Shown: positions 1-11,980 of the stretch, one piece after another | Layout of the letters: every line of letters starts with the position of its first letter | How positions within the stretch are numbered: the first letter of the stretch is position 1 | Assembly (NCBI GenBank): GCA_963702005.1 | Contig: OY969696.1 | Span: 2,496,001-2,560,000 of the forward strand | DNA length: 64,000 bases | From: Candidatus Aminicenantes bacterium | GTDB lineage: Bacteria > Acidobacteriota > Aminicenantia > Aminicenantales > JAFGBC01 | Direction of reading: 5' to 3' | Program-made: the position numbers and the translations under genes | The notes under the pieces: generated by a model | What the model saw: the letters and a program-made list of their open reading frames with translations, nothing else | Told to the model about the DNA's origin: nothing | Databases searched by the model: none

Positions 1-1
1 C

Positions 2-1942
2 GTGAGCCCAGACGGGCTCATCTTGACCAACCACCACGTTGCCTTCGGCGCCCTCCAGCGGGCTTCGAGTAAGGACAAGGATTATATCCAGGACGGCTTC
101 ACGGCCATGAGCCGCGCCGAGGAAATTTCCTCCCCGGGCTACATCGCCGACGTCCTCCTCGGCTACGAGGACGTGACGGCCCGTGTCCAGGCCCGGTTGA
201 AGCCCGGCATGACGCCCCGCCAACGTTATGACGCCATTGAGAAAGTTCAGAAGGAGCTCGTCGCCAAGGCCGAAAAGGCCGCTCCCGACCTTCGAGCGAC
301 GGTCGCCTCGATGTACAGCGGCAACCAATATTTCCTGTTCACCTTCAAGCGGCTCAAGGACGTCCGGCTCGTCCTGGCCCCGCCCCTTGACCTCGGGGAC
401 TTCGGCGGAGAGGTCGACAACTGGATGTGGCCGCGCCATACCGCCGACTTCTCCTTCCTGAGGGCTTATGTTTCCAAGGATGGGATCGGCGCCGACTTCA
501 GCGCCGAGAACGTCCCCTACAAGCCGAAATCCATCGTCAAACTTTCTCTCGACGGCTTCAAGGCGGGCGACTTCACCTTTATCATGGGGTATCCGGGACG
601 GACTTTCCGGAACAACACGGCCTCCGAAATCCGGGTCGACGCCGAATCGATGACCCGCCGGATGGCCTATTTCAAGGACATCATCGCCTTTTTCGAGGAG
701 GCGGGCAAGTCCAATAAAGAGGTCGAGATCAGGTACGCCAGCCTGGTCAAGGGCCTCTACAACGGCCTCAAGAATTACCAGGGCAAGATCGAGGGCTTCG
801 AAAAGATCGGCTTAGTGGACAAAAAGAAGGCCCAAGAGCAGGCGTTTCTGGACTGGGTCAACGCGAGCCCCGATCGCCGGGAAAAGTACGGCTCCGTCCT
901 CGCCGCTATCGACTCTTTCATAGAAGCCTATGCCGCCGACGCCCGGAAAAACGAGGTCCTGACGAACCTCGTCAGCCCCTACGGCGGCTCCCAGGTCCTC
1001 AGCATGGCTTATACGATTTATCGGGCGGCCGACGAAAGCCGCAAGCCCGACATGGAGCGCGAGCCCACCTTCCAGAAGCGGAACCTGCCCTTCATCAAGC
1101 AGGGCCTCCAGCTCGCCGAGCGGGGCTATGATATTGCCACGGACCGGGCTTATCTCAAGCATAGGCTCCGGATTCTCAAGGCCCTTCCCGCCGGCCAGCT
1201 CCCCAAGGCCCTCCAAGAGCTTTTCGCGAACCGTTCCGATAAGGAGGTCGAAGCGTTCGTGGACGGCCTGTACGACACAACGGCCCTCGGCGATCCCAAG
1301 AAACGGCTCAAGATGCTCGATATGACCCCGGCAGCGCTGGCCAAACTCAAGGACCCGGCCGTCGAATTCGTAGCCGGGCTCGAGAAGGAGCTTAAGCTCC
1401 TCCGCGAGGAGAGCAAGGCCAAGGGCCAGGAGCGCCAGGACCTTAAGAAAGCCTACGAGGCGGCCCTCCTCGAACAGCGGGCGGGGAAGATGGCGCCGGA
1501 CGCGAACGGTACCATCCGGCTGACCTTCGGCCCGATCGAAGGCTACAAGCCCAAGGACGGCGTCTATTACCTGCCCCAGACGACCCTGAGCGGCGTCCTC
1601 GAAAAGGAAACCGGCGAGTTCCCGTTCATCGTCCCGGCCAGGATCAAGGACCTCTACAAGGCGCGCGATTTCGGACGCTATATGGACCCCGTCCTCAAGG
1701 ACGTCCCGGCCTGCTTCCTGAACACGACCAACGTCACGGGCGGCAACTCCGGCTCCCCGACCTTCAACGCCAAGGGCGAGCAGATCGGCATCATCTTCGA
1801 CATGACCTACGAGAGCGTCGTCGGCGATTACTACATCATCCCCGAGTTCCAGCGCTCGATCAGCGTCGACGTCCGCTACGTCCTGTTCGTGACCGAAAAA
1901 TTCGCCGGGGCTGCGCACATCATTAAAGAGCTCGGATTTTGA
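2..1942 (+). CDS. S46 family dipeptidyl peptidase (DPP7/DPP11/DAP BII-like), 5'-truncated by the window edge
   Basis: Catalytic His motif LTNHHVA, DNWMWPRHTADF, PDANGTIRLTFG and catalytic Ser motif TGGNSGSP. Confidence 0.93.
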   Translation: MSPDGLILTNHHVAFGALQRASSKDKDYIQDGFTAMSRAEEISSPGYIADVLLGYEDVTARVQARLKPGMTPRQRYDAIEKVQKELVAKAEKAAPDLRATVASMYSGNQYFLFTFKRLKDVRLVLAPPLDLGDFGGEVDNWMWPRHTADFSFLRAYVSKDGIGADFSAENVPYKPKSIVKLSLDGFKAGDFTFIMGYPGRTFRNNTASEIRVDAESMTRRMAYFKDIIAFFEEAGKSNKEVEIRYASLVKGLYNGLKNYQGKIEGFEKIGLVDKKKAQEQAFLDWVNASPDRREKYGSVLAAIDSFIEAYAADARKNEVLTNLVSPYGGSQVLSMAYTIYRAADESRKPDMEREPTFQKRNLPFIKQGLQLAERGYDIATDRAYLKHRLRILKALPAGQLPKALQELFANRSDKEVEAFVDGLYDTTALGDPKKRLKMLDMTPAALAKLKDPAVEFVAGLEKELKLLREESKAKGQERQDLKKAYEAALLEQRAGKMAPDANGTIRLTFGPIEGYKPKDGVYYLPQTTLSGVLEKETGEFPFIVPARIKDLYKARDFGRYMDPVLKDVPACFLNTTNVTGGNSGSPTFNAKGEQIGIIFDMTYESVVGDYYIIPEFQRSISVDVRYVLFVTEKFAGAAHIIKELGF

Positions 1943-1966
1943 TCCGGAAGCAGAGGAGGACTTCCC

Positions 1967-2167
1967 ATGGCAAAGTTTCTACTTTGGCTCATCCTTCTCG
2001 TCATCTGCTGGCCGGTCGCCCTGCTGGCTTTAATTATGTATCCCCTGGTCTGGCTGCTGTCGATTCCGTTCCGCCTGGTCGGAATCACCATCGACGGCGT
2101 CTTCCACCTTTTAAAAGCGATCATCATGCTCCCGGCCAGGATCCTGTCCGGCCCCAAGAAAACCTGA
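1967..2167 (+). CDS. Small hydrophobic membrane protein, unknown function (66 aa)
   Basis: GAGGAGG RBS upstream; strongly hydrophobic sequence with a basic C-terminus; follows the S46 gene. Confidence 0.75.
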   Translation: MAKFLLWLILLVICWPVALLALIMYPLVWLLSIPFRLVGITIDGVFHLLKAIIMLPARILSGPKKT

Positions 2168-2266
2168 CCCGGTCCGTGGAATGAAAGCGCTGCGAATCCG
2201 CGACGATATAAGGGCAGGATCGGGGGGATGTGTCCCTCGTCTCATGTTTAATATGGGAGGATTATC

Positions 2267-5200
2267 GTGAAAAAACTGTTCAGCGCCATCTTATGTCTTT
2301 TAATGGCCGTGACGGCTTTGTCCGCACTGGACGAGGGCCGGTTCATGCGCTATCCGACGATCCATAAGGATAAAATCGTCTTCACTTATGAGGGCGACCT
2401 GTGGACGGTCGGCGGCCGGTGCGACACGGCCGTCCGCTTGACGACGGCCCCCGGCACGGAAACGGCCGCCAAGTTCTCCCCGGACGGGAAGTGGTTGGCC
2501 TTCACGGCGACCTACGACGGCCCCCCCAGCGTGTATCTCATGCCCGCCAAGGGCGGAACCCCCCGGCGCCTGACTTACACGCCGGGCTCGGCGTTCGTCG
2601 TCGGTTGGACGCCCGACTCCGAGCGGATCGTCTTCCGCTCGATGTTCGAAAACGTGGTCGGCCGCGATCCCAATCTCTATTTCGTCTCCCGGGACGGCTC
2701 AGCCCCCGAACGTTTTCCCCTCGACCGCGGCGTTTTGTGCAGCTTCTCGCCCGACGGCCAAAAGATCCTCTACGCCCGCCGCGGGAACGAGGAATATTAC
2801 TGGAAGCGCTACAAGGGCGGCCAGTACCAGGATATCTGGATGTACGATTTTAAGACGAACGCCTTCGCCCCCGTCTCCGACTACGTCGGCAAGAACGCCT
2901 ACCCGATGTGGATCGGTTCGGCCATGTACTTCGTCTCGGACCGGACGAACGGCATCGCCAACATCTACCGAGAGGATCTGGCCGGAAAGCAGGTCGAGCA
3001 AGTCACCCGGTTTGAGGATTTCGACGTCATGATGCCCAATACGGACGGCGAGCGGATCGTTTTCATGCAGGACGGCTACATCCACGTCCTGGATATTAAA
3101 ACCAATGAAGTCCGCAAGGTCCCGGTTCTCGTCCCTTCGGATCGCTGGGCCCTCCGCACTAGGGTCATCAATCCCAAGGACTATATCCATTACGCCGGCG
3201 TCTCGAACGACGGGGAATTGGCCGTCCTCGAGGCCCGCGGCGACGTCTTTACGGTCGGCGTCGATAAAGGCAAGGCTCGCAACTTGTCCCAAACCCCGGG
3301 CACCCGCGAGATGTACCCCCAGATCTCCCCGGACGGCAAAACCGTGGCCTTCTTCTCGGACAAGAGCGGCGAGTATCAGCTCTACCTCCAGAAGGTCGAG
3401 GGCGGGGAGTGGACACCGCTCACGACGGCTCTCGATCGGACCAGCTACCATCTCATCTGGTCGCCGGACGGGTCGAAGATCCTGTTCGGGAACAAGGACT
3501 TCGCCCTGTTCTACGTCGAGGTCGCGACCAAGAAGCTGGTCAAGGTCGACGAGTCGAACCTGCTCAAGAACGACGAGTTCACCTGGGAGATCAGCGACTA
3601 CGGCTGGTCGCCCGACGGCAATTGGATCTGCTACACTCAGGTCCAGTCCAACCGGAACAGCCAGGTCTTCATCTACAGCTTGGCCCAAGGGAAGCGCTTC
3701 GCCGTGACCGGCGATTTCTTCGACAACCTCAGCCCGACCTTCGACGCCGACGGGCGCTTCCTCTATTACCTGTCCTCGCGTAATTTCGAGCTCAAGATGG
3801 ACTTCTACGAGGACAACCACGTTGTCGCGACGCCCTATCAGGTCATGGCCGTCCTGCTCAGGGACGGCGAGACGCCGCCCTTCGTCGAGGTCGATGCCGA
3901 AGCCCCCGCCAAAAAGGACGAAAAACCCGCGCCGTTCCGGATCGACCTCGAGGGCTTGGCCAAGCGGACTTATCCGCTCCCGGTTCCGGCCGGAAACTAT
4001 TTCTATCTCAAGGCCGGCAAGGGCAAGGTCGCCTGGTGTTCGGTCGACGCCTTCAGCGAGGACGAGTACGAGGAGATCTTCGCCCCGCGCGGGGCCACCA
4101 AATGGGACCTCCACATCTTCGACATGGCCTCCAAGAAGGATGCCGTCCTCGGCGATAAAGTGCGTGACTACGCGGTGTCCTCCAACGGCGAGCAGATGGT
4201 CATCGGCAAGGAAGCGGACTTCTACGTGACGGCCTGGGACAAGGCTTATCAAAGCAAAGCCCTGGGCGACAAGCTCAAGCTCCAGAACCTGGTCTATACG
4301 GTCGACCTCCAGAAGGAGTGGAGTCAGATCTTCAGCGACGCCTGGCGCTGGTACCGCGACTTCTTCTACGATCCCGGCATGCACGGCCGCGACTGGAAGG
4401 CGATGGGCGAGAAGTACCGGGCCTACATCCCCTCCCTCTCCTCGCGCGAAGAGCTCAACTGGGTCCTCCAGCAGATGGTCGGCGAGCTGTGCGTCTCCCA
4501 TACTTATATAGGGGGCGGCGATTACGGCCCGTCCGGGCCGTCCTCGCCGGCTCCATACACCGGGTTGCTGGGCGCGGACATCGTCGCCGACAATCAGGCC
4601 GGCCTCTACAAGTTCAAGCGGATCTACGGTCCGACCGAATATAACTTAAACCTGCCCGGCCCGCTCGTCCGGCCCGACCTGGACGTTAAGGAAGGCTATT
4701 ACCTCCTCGCCGTCAACGGTCAGGAGGTCAAGCCGCCCGACGATTACTTCAGGCTCCTCCAGGTCATGCCCGGCCAGAAGATCCGGATCACGGTCAACGC
4801 CAAGCCGACCGCTCTGGGCGCCAAGACCTATGAGGTCGAGCCGCTCCGCAGCGACCAGCAGCTCCGCTACTTAGCCTGGCTGACCGGGAACATCAAGAAA
4901 GTCCTGGAGGCGACCAACGGCCGGGTCGGCTACATGCACATCAACGCCATGGGCTCGGGCGGGATCGGCGAGTTCGACAAGTTCTGGCGGGCTTTCCGCT
5001 TCAAGGACGGGATCATCATCGACGTCCGCCGAAACAGCGGCGGCTGGACGGAGTATTTCCTGATCGACAAGCTCGAGCGCCAGATGACGTCCTTCAACGT
5101 CCTCAAGAACATGGTCCCGATGCGCTACCCGGGCACGGCCGGGAACGGGAACTATGTCGTCATCTCCAACGAGAACAACGGCTCGGACGGAGAAGCCTTT

Positions 5201-5518
5201 GTCGACCATTTCAAGGCGCGCAGGCTGGGCAAGGTCGTCGGCGTTCCCTCCTGGGGCGGGCTGGTCGGAATCCTCAACCGGCAGACGACGATCGACAACG
5301 GCTCGGTCGAGCAGTCCAACAACGCCTTCTGGGGACGCGACGGCAAGTGGATCGTCGAAAACCACGGCGCCGACCCGGATATCCTGATCGACAACGACCC
5401 GGCCTCGGTCATGGCCGGGAAGGACCCCCAGCTCGACAAGGCGATCGAGACCGCCCTGGACATGATCGCCAAGAACCCGTTCCGCTTCCCCGAACGCCCG
5501 CCCTATCCTAAGAAATAG
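2267..5518 (+). CDS. Tricorn protease homolog (S41 peptidase with beta-propeller and PDZ domains), secreted
   Basis: GGGAGG RBS, signal peptide, repeated SPDG propeller motifs, FYDPGMHG, IIDVRRNSGG, catalytic GSDGE, C-terminal DPQLDKAI. Confidence 0.95.
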   Translation: MKKLFSAILCLLMAVTALSALDEGRFMRYPTIHKDKIVFTYEGDLWTVGGRCDTAVRLTTAPGTETAAKFSPDGKWLAFTATYDGPPSVYLMPAKGGTPRRLTYTPGSAFVVGWTPDSERIVFRSMFENVVGRDPNLYFVSRDGSAPERFPLDRGVLCSFSPDGQKILYARRGNEEYYWKRYKGGQYQDIWMYDFKTNAFAPVSDYVGKNAYPMWIGSAMYFVSDRTNGIANIYREDLAGKQVEQVTRFEDFDVMMPNTDGERIVFMQDGYIHVLDIKTNEVRKVPVLVPSDRWALRTRVINPKDYIHYAGVSNDGELAVLEARGDVFTVGVDKGKARNLSQTPGTREMYPQISPDGKTVAFFSDKSGEYQLYLQKVEGGEWTPLTTALDRTSYHLIWSPDGSKILFGNKDFALFYVEVATKKLVKVDESNLLKNDEFTWEISDYGWSPDGNWICYTQVQSNRNSQVFIYSLAQGKRFAVTGDFFDNLSPTFDADGRFLYYLSSRNFELKMDFYEDNHVVATPYQVMAVLLRDGETPPFVEVDAEAPAKKDEKPAPFRIDLEGLAKRTYPLPVPAGNYFYLKAGKGKVAWCSVDAFSEDEYEEIFAPRGATKWDLHIFDMASKKDAVLGDKVRDYAVSSNGEQMVIGKEADFYVTAWDKAYQSKALGDKLKLQNLVYTVDLQKEWSQIFSDAWRWYRDFFYDPGMHGRDWKAMGEKYRAYIPSLSSREELNWVLQQMVGELCVSHTYIGGGDYGPSGPSSPAPYTGLLGADIVADNQAGLYKFKRIYGPTEYNLNLPGPLVRPDLDVKEGYYLLAVNGQEVKPPDDYFRLLQVMPGQKIRITVNAKPTALGAKTYEVEPLRSDQQLRYLAWLTGNIKKVLEATNGRVGYMHINAMGSGGIGEFDKFWRAFRFKDGIIIDVRRNSGGWTEYFLIDKLERQMTSFNVLKNMVPMRYPGTAGNGNYVVISNENNGSDGEAFVDHFKARRLGKVVGVPSWGGLVGILNRQTTIDNGSVEQSNNAFWGRDGKWIVENHGADPDILIDNDPASVMAGKDPQLDKAIETALDMIAKNPFRFPERPPYPKK

Positions 5519-5816
5519 GGGCCGCGGCCCGGGCGATCCCCAGGCTGACGAGGAAAATGATGAGGCACGCCGCGAGCGGATCGGTCTCCTTGAAAAGAAT
5601 CTCGGCCAGGCGCAGGAAGAATTCGTATTTCAGGACGTAGAGGCAGAAGAAAAAGCCGGCCACGAGCGGCGCGATGACCCGGAGCGAAACGCGGACTCCA
5701 ACCCGGAGATGAAAAAGAAAAAAGGCCGAGCCGGGCGCCAAACCCTCGACGCTCATGGAAGCCCTGAGTACTGCAAGGCTGGGTAACGTCGGCGAACGGG
5801 TCACCTGTTCCTTCAA
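5508..5816 (-). pseudogene. Probable 5' fragment of a membrane-protein gene, ending at the tricorn stop and carrying an in-frame mini-element near its start
   Basis: Two to three hydrophobic segments, then an abrupt end overlapping the convergent tricorn 3' end; residues TRSPTL...VEG derive from the repeat at 5737-5803. Confidence 0.45.
5737..5803 (-). mobile_element. Miniature TGAC-bounded element, short form, copy A
   Basis: Minus strand TGAC-CCGTTCGCCGACGTTACCCAGCCTTGCAGTACTCAGGGCTTCCATGAGCGTCGAGGGTT-TGGC; 60/67 identical to 38115-38181; both ends shared with 49340-49451. Confidence 0.75.
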
Positions 5817-5885
5817 TCGTCTTTTTCCACTATAATATCCATTCCGGACGCGAGTTCCTATTCGTTTCTTTAACGACGGAATCCC

Positions 5886-7772
<1,887 letters not shown>

Positions 7773-7872
7773 AGCGTGGACCGAGACGCGGCGCAGGGGC
7801 GCGGAGTTGACTTTGAAAAAATGCTCTGATATACATTCCCTCTGAGCAGGATCGGGAATAGAACGCCTTGAT

Positions 7873-8727
7873 ATGAACTCTCCCGGGCCTAGGAATTGCG
7901 GTGACCGGCCTGCGCGTCGTTTTCATCTCTCGGCAATTCCATTCGGTTTTATCATCCTTCTCGGGATCTCACTCCTCCCCGTCGCCTGCTCGCGCGGCGC
8001 GTCCCGGCGCGGGCTCACCCTGGCCGGATCGACCAGCATCCAACCCTTCGCCGACCGCTGGGCCGAGATTTACATGAAGATCCATCCGGACCGGATCGTC
8101 AACGTCCAGGGCGGCGGGTCGAGCGCCGGAATCCAGGCCGCCCGGAGCGGGGCCGCCCAGATCGGGATGTCCTCGCGGGAGCTCAAGCCGGACGAGAAGG
8201 ATCTGACCGAATACATCGTGGCCCGCGACGGCCTGGCCATCGTCGTCCATCCCCGGAATTCTCTGCGCGGTATCGGGCTGGATAAAATCCGCGACATTTT
8301 CGCGGGACGGATCAAGACTTGGCGGGAGTTGGGGCAGGGGAGCGGCGCGATCACCGTCGTAACACGCGAGGAGGGCTCGGGGACGCGGGGCGCGTTCCAG
8401 GAGCTCGTCATGCACAAAGACAGGATCGATCGGGAAGCCATCGTCGAAGACTCCAACGGCACGGTCCGGGCCATCGTGGCCCAGGATCCGCGCTCGATCG
8501 GCTATATATCGCTCGGCCTCGTCGATAAAACCGTCGAGGCGCTCGAACTGGACGGGGTCGAAGCCAGCGACGCCAACATCCTGGCCGGCCGCTATCCCCT
8601 CGTCCGCCCCTTCCTATTCCTCAGCAACGGCCCGCCCGGCGCCGAGGCGCAAGCCTTCATCGATTTCGTGCTGTCGACGGACGGTCAGGACCTGGTCGAA
8701 AGCGGAGGCCTGATCCGGGCCCGCTGA
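7873..8727 (+). CDS. pstS: Phosphate ABC transporter substrate-binding lipoprotein
   Basis: Lipobox-like PVAC, GSTS, GGGSSAG, REEGSGTR, YPLVRP; first gene of the pst operon; exact start uncertain. Confidence 0.92.
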   Translation: MNSPGPRNCGDRPARRFHLSAIPFGFIILLGISLLPVACSRGASRRGLTLAGSTSIQPFADRWAEIYMKIHPDRIVNVQGGGSSAGIQAARSGAAQIGMSSRELKPDEKDLTEYIVARDGLAIVVHPRNSLRGIGLDKIRDIFAGRIKTWRELGQGSGAITVVTREEGSGTRGAFQELVMHKDRIDREAIVEDSNGTVRAIVAQDPRSIGYISLGLVDKTVEALELDGVEASDANILAGRYPLVRPFLFLSNGPPGAEAQAFIDFVLSTDGQDLVESGGLIRAR

Positions 8728-8736
8728 GGACGACCC

Positions 8737-9600
8737 ATGACGCGACTGGAACGCAACGACCGTCTCATAAAGCTCGGTCTTCTGATGGTCGCTTTTTCGG
8801 CCGTGTCCATCCTGGTCGTCATTACGATTTTCATCTTTTCGGAAGGGATGCCGATCATGTTCAAATACGGGCTGCGCCAGTTCCTGCTCGGCCTGAATTG
8901 GTATCCGTCCGAGAAAAGCTTCGGCCTTCTCCCCATGATCGTGGGCTCCCTGTTCGTGACATCGGGTGCGCTCCTCGTCGGAGTTCCTACCGGCCTGGCC
9001 TGTGCGGTCGTCCTAACCCAGTTCGCCTCGAAGAGGCTGGGCCGGATCCTGAAGCCCGTCATCGAGCTCCTGGCCGGGATTCCCTCCGTTGTCTACGGAT
9101 TCATCGGAATCGTCGTCATCGTTCCCTTCATCCGAGAGAACTTAGGTGGGCCGGGGCTGTCGGTCCTGGCTGCTTCGCTGGTCCTGGGCATCATGATCCT
9201 CCCGACCATCATCAGCATCTCGATCGACGCTTTCCAGGCCCTGCCGCCGACCTACCGGGAAGGCTCGATCGCGCTGGGGGCCACGGTCTGGCAGACGACC
9301 CGGATGGTCCTCGTCCCGGCCGCGCGCTCCGGGATCATCGCCGCCATCATCCTCGGCATGGGGAGGGCCATCGGCGAAACGATGGCCGTCATCATGATCG
9401 CGGGCAACGCGGCCGCTATCCCGGGGTCGCCTTTGGCTCCGGTCCGGACCCTGACTTCGAACATCGCCCTCGAAATGGGCTACGCCAGCGGCGAGCACCG
9501 CGAGGCCCTGTTCGCGACCGGCGTCATCCTGTTCATCATCATCATGGTCCTCAACACGCTGGCCAACTGGACTTCGTCGCGCCGCCGGAAGGGATCCTAA
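8737..9600 (+). CDS. pstC: Phosphate ABC transporter permease PstC
   Basis: ELLAGIPSVVYG and GRAIGETMAV motifs; operon context. Confidence 0.94.
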   Translation: MTRLERNDRLIKLGLLMVAFSAVSILVVITIFIFSEGMPIMFKYGLRQFLLGLNWYPSEKSFGLLPMIVGSLFVTSGALLVGVPTGLACAVVLTQFASKRLGRILKPVIELLAGIPSVVYGFIGIVVIVPFIRENLGGPGLSVLAASLVLGIMILPTIISISIDAFQALPPTYREGSIALGATVWQTTRMVLVPAARSGIIAAIILGMGRAIGETMAVIMIAGNAAAIPGSPLAPVRTLTSNIALEMGYASGEHREALFATGVILFIIIMVLNTLANWTSSRRRKGS

Positions 9601-9603
9601 ACG

Positions 9604-10440
9604 ATGGGTCTGCGTCCCCGACTCGAGCAGAAGGCCGCCCAGGTCGTGCTCTGGACGCTCACCCTGACGACCGTGCTCATTCTGTTCTTCATCATCGTCT
9701 TCATCCTCCGCAAGGGCCTGCCCATGCTTAACCTCGAATTCCTAACCCGGAACCCGGAGGACATGGGGCGCTCGGGCGGAATCTTCTCGACGATCGTCGG
9801 GACGCTGGCCCTGACCCTGATGGCCGTCCTGATCGCGGCGCCCCTCGGCGTCGGCACGGCCATCTTCCTGACGGAGTACACTTGGGAGGGCCGCCTGACG
9901 CGGATGATTCGTTTCGGAGCCGAATGCCTGGCCGGAATCCCGTCGATCCTGTTCGGGTTGTTCGGGTTCATCCTGTTCGTGACCAAGCTCAAGCTCGGCT
10001 GGTCCGTCATCAGCGGGGGGCTAACTCTGTCTTTTATGATCCTGCCCACGATCATTCGTACCAGCGAAGAAGCGATCCGGAGCGTGCCGGCGTCCTATCG
10101 CGAGGTCAGCGCCTCGTTGGGCTGCACAAAGTGGCAAACAGTGACCCGGGTGGTCCTGCCGTCGGCTCTGCCGGGCATCATGACGGGCGTCATCCTTTCG
10201 ATCGGCCGCAGCATCGGCGAGACGGCGGCCGTCATCTTCACGGCCGGGAGCGCTCTGCGCATTCCGACATCGATATTTTCTTCGTCGCGGACGATGGCCG
10301 TCCACTTCTACATCCTGGCCCGGGAAGGGATCTCGATGCCCAACGCCTACGGAACGGCCGCCGTCCTGGTCGTGACCATCCTCTTGATCAACCTTGTATC
10401 CTACTATCTCATGCACCGCTTCATAAGGAAATATTCTTAG
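9604..10440 (+). CDS. pstA: Phosphate ABC transporter permease PstA
   Basis: LAGIPSILFGLFG, LPTIIRTSEEA, GRSIGETAA. Confidence 0.94.
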   Translation: MGLRPRLEQKAAQVVLWTLTLTTVLILFFIIVFILRKGLPMLNLEFLTRNPEDMGRSGGIFSTIVGTLALTLMAVLIAAPLGVGTAIFLTEYTWEGRLTRMIRFGAECLAGIPSILFGLFGFILFVTKLKLGWSVISGGLTLSFMILPTIIRTSEEAIRSVPASYREVSASLGCTKWQTVTRVVLPSALPGIMTGVILSIGRSIGETAAVIFTAGSALRIPTSIFSSSRTMAVHFYILAREGISMPNAYGTAAVLVVTILLINLVSYYLMHRFIRKYS

Positions 10441-10450
10441 GACCCTGGGA

Positions 10451-11218
10451 ATGAAGACAAGCCGGGAACCGCTCATCCGCGTCAGGGAGTTCAGCCTGAA
10501 GACGGAATCGGTCCGGATCCTGAACCGCCTGACCTTGGACGTCGAGCCGAACGAGATTCTGGGTATCATCGGGCCGTCCGGGAGCGGCAAGACCTCATTT
10601 CTCCGCTGTCTGAACCGACTCAACGACCTCGTTCCGGGCTATCAGGCCGAAGGGGAGATCATCTTCGGCGGCCGGTCGATCCTGGGTCCCGAGGTCAATG
10701 TCGTCGAGTTGCGCCGCAAGCAGGGGATGGTGTTCGCGACGCCGGTCCCCCTGCCGCGCTCCATCTTCGAGAACGTCGTCTTCGGCGCCCGCCTCTCCGG
10801 CGTCCGGGGGCGGCAGAAGCTCCTGGAGCTGGCCGAGGAGAGCCTCTGCCAGGCCGGGCTGTGGGATGAAGTCCGGGAGCGTCTTGACGAGAGCGCCCTC
10901 AGGCTTTCGGGCGGTCAACAACAGCGCTTATGCATCGCTCGGATCCTGGCCCTGAGGCCGGAGGTCATCCTGCTCGACGAGCCGACCTCGGGACTCGACC
11001 CTATCTCGACCCTCAAGATCGAGGAGTCCCTGCACAAGCTCCGCGCGGCCTATACGATCATACTGGTCACCAACAACGTCAAACAGGCGGCCCGGGTCGC
11101 GGACCGGACGGCGTTTTTCCTGTCGGGCGAGCTCATCGAGATCGGGGCGACCGCCAAAATATTCACCGCTCCCGACGACCCGAAAACCAACGACTACATC
11201 TCGGGACGGTTCGGATGA
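10451..11218 (+). CDS. pstB: Phosphate ABC transporter ATP-binding protein, copy 1 (atypical Q- and H-loops)
   Basis: [37 protein letters not shown]-terminal YISGRFG. Confidence 0.9.
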   Translation: MKTSREPLIRVREFSLKTESVRILNRLTLDVEPNEILGIIGPSGSGKTSFLRCLNRLNDLVPGYQAEGEIIFGGRSILGPEVNVVELRRKQGMVFATPVPLPRSIFENVVFGARLSGVRGRQKLLELAEESLCQAGLWDEVRERLDESALRLSGGQQQRLCIARILALRPEVILLDEPTSGLDPISTLKIEESLHKLRAAYTIILVTNNVKQAARVADRTAFFLSGELIEIGATAKIFTAPDDPKTNDYISGRFG

Positions 11219-11973
11219 CGACTCCCATCATCGAGGTCAAGACGCTCTCGCTCTGGTATGGGAAGTTTCGGGCCCTCCAAGACGTGACGATCGACATCGA
11301 AATCAACCGGATCACGGCCTTGATCGGCCCCTCCGGCTGCGGCAAGTCAACATTCCTGCGCTCCCTCAACCGGATGAACGACCTCATCGAGAGCGTCCGG
11401 ATCGCGGGGACGGTTCTCGTTCAGGGGCAAGATATTTACGCCAAGGGCACCGACCTCCTCGCTCTCCGCCAGAACGTCGGCATGGTCTTCCAGCGTCCCA
11501 ATCCGTTCCCGCTGAGCGTCGCCGACAACGTGATTTACGGGCTTCGCGTTCACGGTATCACGGACAAGACGGTCCGGGACGAACGGCTCCAGCGGAGTCT
11601 CGAGGCCGTCCATCTCTGGGGGGAGCTCAAGGATGGGCTGGGCCGGAACGCCCTCTCGCTTTCGAGTGAACAACAGCAGCGGCTGTGCATCGCCCGGCTG
11701 ATCGCCGTCAAGCCCGAGGTCCTGCTCATGGACGAGCCCTGTTCGGCCCTTGACCCGATCGCGACGGCCCGGATCGAAGAGCTCATGGCCGAACTCAAAA
11801 AGCGCTATTCGATCGTCATCGTGACCCACAACATGCAGCAGGCCGCCCGCGTTTCCGACACGACGGGGTATTTCCTGCTGGGCGAACTGGTCGAGGTCGG
11901 CGCGACGCCGCAGATCTTCACCGCTCCCTGCGATTCAAGAACTGAGGATTATATCACCGGCCGCTTCGGATGA
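11215..11973 (+). CDS. pstB: Phosphate ABC transporter ATP-binding protein, copy 2 (atypical signature motif)
   Basis: ATGA overlap with the upstream pstB; [42 protein letters not shown]. Confidence 0.92.
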   Translation: MTTPIIEVKTLSLWYGKFRALQDVTIDIEINRITALIGPSGCGKSTFLRSLNRMNDLIESVRIAGTVLVQGQDIYAKGTDLLALRQNVGMVFQRPNPFPLSVADNVIYGLRVHGITDKTVRDERLQRSLEAVHLWGELKDGLGRNALSLSSEQQQRLCIARLIAVKPEVLLMDEPCSALDPIATARIEELMAELKKRYSIVIVTHNMQQAARVSDTTGYFLLGELVEVGATPQIFTAPCDSRTEDYITGRFG

Positions 11974-11980
11974 GAGGCCT

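Noticed and set aside
10930-11214. N-terminal extension of the second pstB
   Set aside because: Out-of-frame overlap with pstB1; the ATGA-coupled start at 11215 fits the family length.
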